From IMG/VR virus record IMGVR_UViG_3300046501_000558, positions 17,478-81,477 of that record: a DNA stretch of 64,000 bases, one strand, 5' to 3'. Within the stretch, counting starts at the first letter, position 1; the number at the start of each line of letters is the position of its first letter. Source of the stretch: a virus. Under the pieces are notes generated by a model. The model was not told the origin of the DNA, made no database searches, and saw only the letters and a list, made by a program, of their open reading frames with translations. Below, piece by piece: positions 57,409 through 64,000 of the stretch. The position numbers and the translations under genes were made by a program.

Positions 57409-57932
57409 GGTGTACCTGCATTTATCAAAGCTGCATATTCATTTTGTTTTGATTCTAAGAGCTGCTGTTTCTCAGCAATTGTTTTATTCGCTTCATCAAC
57501 CAGCATCAAAACACTTTCCGTCTGTTTTTTGATGGATTTTTTGCGGCTTGCGGGGTCATTTGGAACTTGAACACGCTGTTTTTGGCGTGCTTGATCAAAC
57601 TTAGGCTGTTCAGCCTTTATTTTGAGGGCTAACTCTTCAATTCCAGCTTTGAAGTCATCAAGATTGTCATAGTCCATTACACGGCGTAATGGGATCTCTT
57701 TTTTATTGAGATACGTCTTAATAACGTCGCCGTCAGTTCTTAACGAAAGTGTAAGCGCTTGCCCCTCTTCTAAATTAAACAGGGCGTCTTTTGTTGCTAC
57801 ACCTGCAACCTTACGCATTTTATCGACAAGAATATACGCAATTTTTTGCTGTGTTGCTTTCTCAAGCGTATCTTTGATAAGCGTGATTAATTCATGAGTT
57901 TCTGATAATGAAGCCAGTTCAAAAGTTGCCAT
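57405..57932 (-). CDS. Hdf-like protein (DarA N-terminal homologue)
   Basis: RKVAGVATK...F.LEEGQ.L.L..R.DGDV....LN.K.IP plus coiled coil. Confidence 0.7.
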   Translation of the reverse strand: MATFELASLSETHELITLIKDTLEKATQQKIAYILVDKMRKVAGVATKDALFNLEEGQALTLSLRTDGDVIKTYLNKKEIPLRRVMDYDNLDDFKAGIEELALKIKAEQPKFDQARQKQRVQVPNDPASRKKSIKKQTESVLMLVDEANKTIAEKQQLLESKQNEYAALINAGTP

Positions 57933-57961
57933 AGCATTTAACCAAATAATCTTTAATCACT

Positions 57962-58002
57962 ATTTTGGGCTATGGCAAAAATTGAAAATTAAGGATATTC
58001 CA
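57962..58002 (-). promoter_or_regulatory. Putative late promoter (TGGAAT-N29-CAAAAT)
   Basis: Motif copy with 29-bp spacing. Confidence 0.7.
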
Positions 58003-58007
58003 CGCTA

Positions 58008-58382
58008 CTAGCTGTTATTAAAATCATGCTCAAAACGTTTTGGAATGGTAGAAAGGATCTCATCAGTAAAGCCTTTCATATTTTCGAAGCAATAGTATTG
58101 GTCTGATAATGTGCTAAACGGATTCTTAGCATCTGAAGCAATGAAAAGGTTGGAAAATCTAAGGCCTTCATCAAGTCTTAAATCACTTTCCCAAATAAAA
58201 ATATATTGTTGGAAGTCTCTTGGAATGGTCCGTACAAGCCCCGCTTCAGCGCCAAACACCATGATCACAGTATCTTTTTCTATAAGACTTAGCAAAATAT
58301 CTGTGAGCCCATGTTCTAGGCCCTTTGCAGAAATAACTATTCGCTTTTCAGGCTTTCCGAACCATCCCATAAAGACACTCAT
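58008..58382 (-). CDS. Hypothetical protein
   Basis: Starts immediately after the glycosyltransferase stop. Confidence 0.55.
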   Translation of the reverse strand: MSVFMGWFGKPEKRIVISAKGLEHGLTDILLSLIEKDTVIMVFGAEAGLVRTIPRDFQQYIFIWESDLRLDEGLRFSNLFIASDAKNPFSTLSDQYYCFENMKGFTDEILSTIPKRFEHDFNNS

Positions 58383-59066
58383 TTAGCCCACCTTGATCAT
58401 CTTTCCAAGACGGTCAATCACATCAGCTTTACCCCAGATTTGAGGGTAATTTACTGGTGGACTTGGCTTGTCATAATTTTTGATCTCACCGTTATTTACA
58501 TACATATCTTTTTGCTCACGCGTGTTTTGAATCGCCGGAACTCGATAAGATGCATGAATTGGATAATATTTAAATTTATGAGCCCTGACTCTAAGGTCGC
58601 CATCATCTCCTTTTAAACCGACTAAGGTTTCGTTGTAGCCCTGTAAACGGTAGAAAGCATCTCGGGTATAGCCCACTCGCCCAAGAATTCCCTCGTTTTC
58701 AATCCCTAATCTTGGCAAAAAGAGCTGATAATCTTTGAGCAAGCGCAATTCATATAAAAGCCCGTCATATATGTAATTATCGCCGTCTAAATTGAATAGA
58801 ATGTCACCAGTAGCGAGACGATGAGCTACATTTTTCGCATAAGCTGATGTATAGGCATAATCATCGACCATTTGAAAATATTTAAGTTGGCCGCTCTCTA
58901 AATAGTCTTGAAAATTATTAAAAACCCAATCTTTTAAGCCATCAGGCGACTTGTAATCTAACAAAATAATCTCTGAATGCTCATCGAGCATTTTTAAATT
59001 ACCAGGTAAGGTTTGGCTCAATTGCCACAAACGGCCTTTACACGTTGTGCAGAATGAAATACGCAT
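58383..59066 (-). CDS. GT-A fold glycosyltransferase (GT2/GT7-like)
   Basis: ISFCTTCKGR, EIILLDY.SPD, AKN.A..LATGDILFNLDGD (DxD), F..L.GYNE...G..GDDGD. Confidence 0.85.
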   Translation of the reverse strand: MRISFCTTCKGRLWQLSQTLPGNLKMLDEHSEIILLDYKSPDGLKDWVFNNFQDYLESGQLKYFQMVDDYAYTSAYAKNVAHRLATGDILFNLDGDNYIYDGLLYELRLLKDYQLFLPRLGIENEGILGRVGYTRDAFYRLQGYNETLVGLKGDDGDLRVRAHKFKYYPIHASYRVPAIQNTREQKDMYVNNGEIKNYDKPSPPVNYPQIWGKADVIDRLGKMIKVG

Positions 59067-59080
59067 CTAAAAATTCCTTT

Positions 59081-59740
59081 TTAACGTGGCTCATAAGCAC
59101 AAAGCTCTAAGTTATCGATTAATTTTATGGTGCTATAAACTGGATCATTCAAACTATTCGTACTATTACTTTGCAGAACGAGGCTCGCCGTTAAATTAAT
59201 TTTTAAACAATCATTCGTAGTGTTTTGAAGATAAATTGTTCCGTTTTCGTCTGAACTCAATGAGTAGGATACTATTTCATAAATATTGTGAGCTTCTGCA
59301 AAAATTGAATTTAAACCATCCATAATTGAATAGGATGATGTACTAGCTGTAATTCCATGAAAAACTTGATTATTTAAACTTAATGTATAAATAACCGATC
59401 CGTATTGTGTTGGATAATAAAGATTATAACTATTCGTTAATTTGTAAAAATCTGATTGGCAGTTACAACTAGGTATTGCAACTCGTAACACTTGAATACT
59501 AGGTATATTTGTATCAAGTGCATCTTGCACAGCAACATAGTCTAGATTCTTAGGATCATAGCCGAGCATTCCACGTATGTTGGCTTTGGTAATAGTCATC
59601 GGTCGATCTAAACGGCCACGCTTAAATTTTCCAACAAAGATATTATTTATCGGTGCGGATCCTGTAGATCCTGTTTTGTCTGTAACTCCGCTGTATTGAA
59701 TACCCGGTTCATTGCCTAAAATTGAAGTGATGTGTGGCAT
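59081..59740 (-). CDS. Virion module protein B (sheath-like constant N-terminus plus variable C-terminus)
   Basis: First 87 aa nearly identical to 26280..26990; S/T/N/Y-rich C-terminus; late promoter upstream. Confidence 0.65.
   Translation of the reverse strand: MPHITSILGNEPGIQYSGVTDKTGSTGSAPINNIFVGKFKRGRLDRPMTITKANIRGMLGYDPKNLDYVAVQDALDTNIPSIQVLRVAIPSCNCQSDFYKLTNSYNLYYPTQYGSVIYTLSLNNQVFHGITASTSSYSIMDGLNSIFAEAHNIYEIVSYSLSSDENGTIYLQNTTNDCLKINLTASLVLQSNSTNSLNDPVYSTIKLIDNLELCAYEPR
59481..59740. repeat. 260-bp direct repeat, copy 2
   Basis: Matches 26731..26990. Confidence 0.85.
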
Positions 59741-59767
59741 GGTGTTAGCTCATTAAAAGACTAACTA

Positions 59768-59808
59768 ATTATTCAACTTTTAAAACTGGCCGTATTTTTA
59801 AAGTTCCA
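59768..59808 (-). promoter_or_regulatory. Putative late promoter (TGGAAC-N29-AATAAT)
   Basis: Motif copy with 29-bp spacing. Confidence 0.7.
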
Positions 59809-59812
59809 TAAA

Positions 59813-60739
59813 TTATTCGCGTGTTTTAGAAACTTTATGTACAAAAAGACCGAATTCTTTCAAGTAATGGATCTGAATATCAAATTTATCAATTCTAAGT
59901 AAATCATTTTTATTTGTTTCTAAATTGATAATCTCAACATTTGTAATTGTACAATTCGTTTCTAACTTGAACTTCTTAATATACTGATTAACCATGAAAT
60001 AAATTTCTCTGGTAGTGAGCATCATGCGATTCATATGCTCTACAGCTAACATAGAGTTTTTTCTCTTATTTGATGATCGAACAGTAACAGACCCTAATTT
60101 TGATGGCATTAAAACGGATCCATCATCGAGAGTAACTACAAATGAATAGCCAGCAGTACGAAGATTTTTTATAGTTTCTGCATCAGAATATGTGGGAGAT
60201 ACATCTTTTAGAAGTGTAGTTTTATTTCTTGCAATAAAGTGTGGCCTTTCTTCATTAAGGATTTCTAGCACACTTTTATCAGTCCATGTATAAGGGTGAT
60301 CCTTGCCATGAAGCTTAGTCTCAATAAAAAATATCTCATCAATTGTGACAAATGCTAGAGCTATAGGGCCTGTACGCTTTATATATCCACCTTTCAAAGA
60401 ACTTCCTAGATGAAAATGCACACAACCAAAATCATCTAGAAAACGATCAGAAAACATTGTTTTCTCAATCCCTTTGCTTAGGTACATATTTATATCTTCA
60501 CCATTTTTAATTTTTTCAACTAATTTTACATATCCTTCTGATAAATCTTTAGGTACTTTAAATTTTTTCGATACAGCGACTTTTCTAGGTAAAGGCTTAA
60601 TTCTTTTACTTAAATAATTACTTAACTGCATATATGCAGGAGCTTCGGGATCCAAGTCAATCCCAAGGTTAATAGCATTTTTTTTTGCGGCTAAATTTAC
60701 AGCTAATTGAACTAAGCCATATGGGTATTCTTTTATCAT
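59813..60739 (-). CDS. AT-rich moron, hypothetical protein
   Basis: 308 aa with D.FL.DFG..HFHLG...RTG motif; very AT-rich upstream spacer. Confidence 0.65.
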   Translation of the reverse strand: MIKEYPYGLVQLAVNLAAKKNAINLGIDLDPEAPAYMQLSNYLSKRIKPLPRKVAVSKKFKVPKDLSEGYVKLVEKIKNGEDINMYLSKGIEKTMFSDRFLDDFGCVHFHLGSSLKGGYIKRTGPIALAFVTIDEIFFIETKLHGKDHPYTWTDKSVLEILNEERPHFIARNKTTLLKDVSPTYSDAETIKNLRTAGYSFVVTLDDGSVLMPSKLGSVTVRSSNKRKNSMLAVEHMNRMMLTTREIYFMVNQYIKKFKLETNCTITNVEIINLETNKNDLLRIDKFDIQIHYLKEFGLFVHKVSKTRE

Positions 60740-60974
60740 TCACTAAAATATTGATCAGGGTTTATAAGCATAGCACTTATTTTTTTTAATTTAATACAAA
60801 ACTTCATCGCCTTAACTACTAAAATATAAATTATTATTTTAAATGTATTTATAATTATTAATTGAAAAAGGTGATGGAAGATAACCACTTTCATATTAAT
60901 AGTTAATCTTTCATCACACACGTTTATTATTACTTCAACTACAAAGAATTAAAGGTGTTTTTATAGGTAAACGA

Positions 60975-61748
60975 TTAGTACAAGCCTGCTCGTTTGCCCT
61001 TTTTAACAGAATGGAAACGGCGGTTCAAAGCAGCGCTTGAAAAGGCTTTTACACGTGCTTTAGTTAAAGCAGCCTTCTGTTTTACTGAAAGCTTCACTTT
61101 ACCGCCTACACGCTTATTTACGACCGTGATTTTACCGTTACGTACCGCTTTGATGGCTTTATAAATCACTTTGCCGAATTTACCCTGTTTTACAGTAGTT
61201 TTACCGATACCAGCAGAATCCAGAATCATACCTGAGTCATCAATATCACCATCAACGTCGCCGTAAACGAATGCTTGAACAAATGAGCTTAGCTCTTCAT
61301 CATCGGTTGGTACATTAGATTCTACGATTTCAGCAATTGACTGAAGCGCTTGATCAGCCTCTTCAACACTATCACCAAAAGCCGCATTAATCATGCCGCT
61401 GTCAGAAACGCCAAGAGATTCCATAGCATCTTTTACGTGTGCTGTAATGATGTCTAGAGTCGTTGGATCAATTTCAATATCATCCCCATCATCACTGCCA
61501 CTAAATCCAGCGAGTAAAGCAGCAAAGCGGTCCGATGGTAACTCATCTTCATCTAGATCATTACTTACAATTGAATCTGTAAAGACTAATACAAGAGATA
61601 ACGCAGATAAGCGCAACATACGGTTTTGTTGGTTTAGTTCAGCAATATCAAGGTCAGTTGTATCATCTGCGATTTTTGCGGCTGCATCAGCTGCAGCACT
61701 GTCTAAAACTGGTAAAAAAACTGGATTTAGAGAATCAAATAAATGCAT
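60975..61748 (-). CDS. Acidic/basic bipartite virion or scaffolding-like protein
   Basis: Acidic N-terminus, highly basic C-terminus, repeated (L/F)DS motifs; downstream of sheath. Confidence 0.55.
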   Translation of the reverse strand: MHLFDSLNPVFLPVLDSAAADAAAKIADDTTDLDIAELNQQNRMLRLSALSLVLVFTDSIVSNDLDEDELPSDRFAALLAGFSGSDDGDDIEIDPTTLDIITAHVKDAMESLGVSDSGMINAAFGDSVEEADQALQSIAEIVESNVPTDDEELSSFVQAFVYGDVDGDIDDSGMILDSAGIGKTTVKQGKFGKVIYKAIKAVRNGKITVVNKRVGGKVKLSVKQKAALTKARVKAFSSAALNRRFHSVKKGKRAGLY

Positions 61749-61750
61749 TT

Positions 61751-63073
61751 TTATTGTCCTGGTTTAACTACAGCAAAATTAGAGAAAGCGGCACGTGAAG
61801 CACCATTAGTACAGTAATTACAAGTTACGTCTGAAGCATCAAACGGACGATCAGAACGAGGTACAATTGAAAGCTCGTAATAACCATTGATTTCGGTTGA
61901 ACGAACTAATAATGGGCGGTCTTTTGTGACGCATGAATCAAGAAATTTGGTACATTCTTTAGTGGCATCTTCAATGTAAGTTGACATGCCTTTTAATAAA
62001 TGGCGCATGACAATCGCGTTTAATGTATTGTCAATAAACAGTGAAATATCAGAAGAGTTCACTAATTTTAAAGCAGATGAATGGTCGCCATTCGCTGTCA
62101 GCACATCACCTAGAATGAAGCGTTTACCTGTACGGAAAGTTTGGCGTTCAACCACATTAACTTGTACGTTTGCCAGACGCTTACGCGCGGTGTCATCAAG
62201 CACAATATCATCACGTTTTTTCATGCCAATGTACGTGAATGGAAAATCATAACCAGCGATCGGAGTATGATACGGCGGGATCCCCTTAACGTTCGTTTGT
62301 GCATCACGGCGAGCATTTCTACCTAACAAAGTGCCAATTGCTAAACGTGGCACTAACTTGCCCTGTAAGCCTTGCGCGTTAAGTGGGCGTGCTAAATTTG
62401 GATTCCAAATAAAAGAAACTCGATGATCAAGCGGTGATAAATCTTGGGCAACTTGCTCGACTTGATCAACGTTTAAAGTAGGATCCAATTCAACCAATAA
62501 ACGAATATTTAAATTATCTGCCACACGTAAAAGCTCGGTATATAGAGCAACATCATCAGTGAACGCATAACCTAAGCGAGTCGGCAAGTCATCTAATTGA
62601 GTTAAGATGTTGAAAACAGAATTTATGTTTGATTCAATTGGGTCACTATCCCAATTCAAATCAAGGTATTTACGATTGAGAGTGTTATAGGAATTAAATG
62701 CATCACATAGCTGAATATATTGAATCAACTGATCTACATTTGGGACTGAAACACTAAATTCTTTAAACTCTTGAGAAGCTTCTGCAATAGCCATAATTGA
62801 ATTTTTAGCAGAATCAGAAGGATCTAAAGTACCAATAAACTTATAAATCTGGTCATTAGTGGCAGTGTCAAAAAACGTCAATTCCATTTTGATATTTTCT
62901 AACGTTAATTGGGGATCAGTGGCCGTAAGCTTAACCCGGACCTTTACCCCGTCACCTAAATGACTATGGGGGTCCATCATAATGACCAATGGTGTTCCTA
63001 GAAACATCTCATCTAGTTCATTGTCTCGTTTAAGAAACAAATAACCCTGTGGACCTATATATAAGTAATGCAT
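61751..63073 (-). CDS. Contractile tail sheath protein (P1 gp22-like)
   Basis: PIAGYDFP, LA...VNVV, C-terminal RPFD..DV......G..RA pattern of sheath proteins. Confidence 0.7.
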   Translation of the reverse strand: MHYLYIGPQGYLFLKRDNELDEMFLGTPLVIMMDPHSHLGDGVKVRVKLTATDPQLTLENIKMELTFFDTATNDQIYKFIGTLDPSDSAKNSIMAIAEASQEFKEFSVSVPNVDQLIQYIQLCDAFNSYNTLNRKYLDLNWDSDPIESNINSVFNILTQLDDLPTRLGYAFTDDVALYTELLRVADNLNIRLLVELDPTLNVDQVEQVAQDLSPLDHRVSFIWNPNLARPLNAQGLQGKLVPRLAIGTLLGRNARRDAQTNVKGIPPYHTPIAGYDFPFTYIGMKKRDDIVLDDTARKRLANVQVNVVERQTFRTGKRFILGDVLTANGDHSSALKLVNSSDISLFIDNTLNAIVMRHLLKGMSTYIEDATKECTKFLDSCVTKDRPLLVRSTEINGYYELSIVPRSDRPFDASDVTCNYCTNGASRAAFSNFAVVKPGQ

Positions 63074-63076
63074 AAA

Positions 63077-64000
63077 TTACCCTTCCACTTTGAAACGTGT
63101 CTTTCCAGACAATGCATTTAATTGTGCAAAGTTTTTCTGAGCCAATGTTTTAGCTCCAATCGTTTTATAGGTAATAATTACACGTTTGTTTTGGCTAAGC
63201 TCTTTACGAGAAACATTACAGTGAGTATTTGCACCAAAATTGGTTACAGCTAGATCTAATGGGCCTAGAACATCCTTTTGTAAAGGTGCAGTGGTTTCAG
63301 TTTTTACAACTTCATCGACCGCAGGTGCAACGACTTCGGTTTCTACAGCTGCTTCAGCTGCAGGCGCAGCGGTTTCAGTTTCTACAGCTGCTTCGACTGC
63401 AGGCGCAACGACTTCGGTTTCTATAGCTGCTTCAGCTGCAGGCGCAGCGGTTTCAGTTTCTACAGCTGCTTCGACTGCAGGCGCAACGACTTCGGTTTCT
63501 ACAGCTGCTTCAGCTGCAGGCGCAGCGGTTTCAGTTTCTACAGCTGCTTCGACTGCAGGTGCAACGACTTCGGTTTCTACAGCTGTTTCAGCTGCAGGCG
63601 CAGCGGTTTCAGTTTCTACAGCTGCTTCGACTGCAGGTGCAACGACTTCGGTTTCTACAGCTGTTTCAGCTGCAGGCGCAGCGGTTTCAGTTTCTACAGC
63701 TGCTTCGACTGCAGGCGCAACGGCTTCAGTTTCTACGGCTGCTTCAGCTGCAGGCGCAGCGGTTTCAGTTTCTACGGCTGCTTCAGCTGCAGGCGCAGCG
63801 GTTTCGGTTTCCACAGCTGCTTCAGCTGCAGGCGCAGCGGTTTCAGTTTCTACAGCTGCTTCGACTGCAGGCGCAACGGCTTCAGTTTCTACGGCTGCTT
63901 CAGCTGCAGGCGCAGCGGTTTCAGTTTCTACGGCTGCTTCAGCTGCAGGCGCAGCGGTTTCGGTTTCCACAGCTGCTTCAGCTGCAGGCGCAGCGGTTTC
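63077..64000 (-). CDS. Repeat-rich Ala/Glu/Thr/Pro protein, 5' end beyond window
   Basis: At least 17 units of ETE(T/V/A)(A/V)APA(A/V)E(A/T)AV then a unique C-terminal domain; frame appears open to window end. Confidence 0.75.
   Translation of the reverse strand, partial: ETAAPAAEAAVETETAAPAAEAAVETETAAPAAEAAVETEAVAPAVEAAVETETAAPAAEAAVETETAAPAAEAAVETETAAPAAEAAVETEAVAPAVEAAVETETAAPAAETAVETEVVAPAVEAAVETETAAPAAETAVETEVVAPAVEAAVETETAAPAAEAAVETEVVAPAVEAAVETETAAPAAEAAIETEVVAPAVEAAVETETAAPAAEAAVETEVVAPAVDEVVKTETTAPLQKDVLGPLDLAVTNFGANTHCNVSRKELSQNKRVIITYKTIGAKTLAQKNFAQLNALSGKTRFKVEG
63290..64000. repeat. 39-bp VNTR with 78-bp higher-order alternation
   Basis: GCAGGCGCAGCGGTTTCAGTTTCTACAGCTGCTTC-type units repeated to the window end. 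Confidence 0.95.

Noticed and set aside
60736-60921. 61-aa ORF upstream of the moron
   Set aside because: AT-rich spacer translation with no RBS; more likely promoter DNA
1-64000. tRNA, rRNA or IS transposase genes
   Set aside because: None recognised by eye; tRNAscan-SE and ISEScan would be needed to exclude them

Overview
This AT-rich window (roughly 35-38% GC, judged by eye) looks like part of a large temperate P1-like phage-plasmid, most likely from Acinetobacter (host inferred from protein families and a UmuDAb-type SOS box). Plasmid functions: a Rep_3 initiator with a 21-bp iteron origin and a ParA plus small ParG-like partner. Phage control and DNA functions: a CI/Cro switch, an O-like/DnaC lytic replication pair, an ERF annealase, a tyrosine integrase and three orphan DNA methyltransferases, one with a nested out-of-frame beta-subunit gene. 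Virion and lysis genes: a lysis cassette and P1-type myovirus genes (portal, sheath, tube, baseplate, Sit-like tape measure, DarA/Hdf/DdrB-like proteins) scattered over several operons. Accessory cargo: HicAB, DUF2441, DUF4209, a C4-type RNA plus TetR, an orphan T6SS DUF4123/Tox-REase-5/immunity cassette, UmuC and a glycosyltransferase. Signals read directly from the DNA: (i) a TGGAAY-N29-(-10) promoter motif in front of eight structural operons; (ii) seven dispersed 8-bp-phased TGNNCA arrays (candidate multipartite centromere); (iii) a repeated ATRCA-N4-TGYAT operator; (iv) three paralogues with a constant sheath-like N-terminus and unrelated C-termini, one co-transcribed with a glycosyltransferase; (v) a 39-bp VNTR protein gene beside the sheath. 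All family assignments come from motif recognition by eye; no searches were run.
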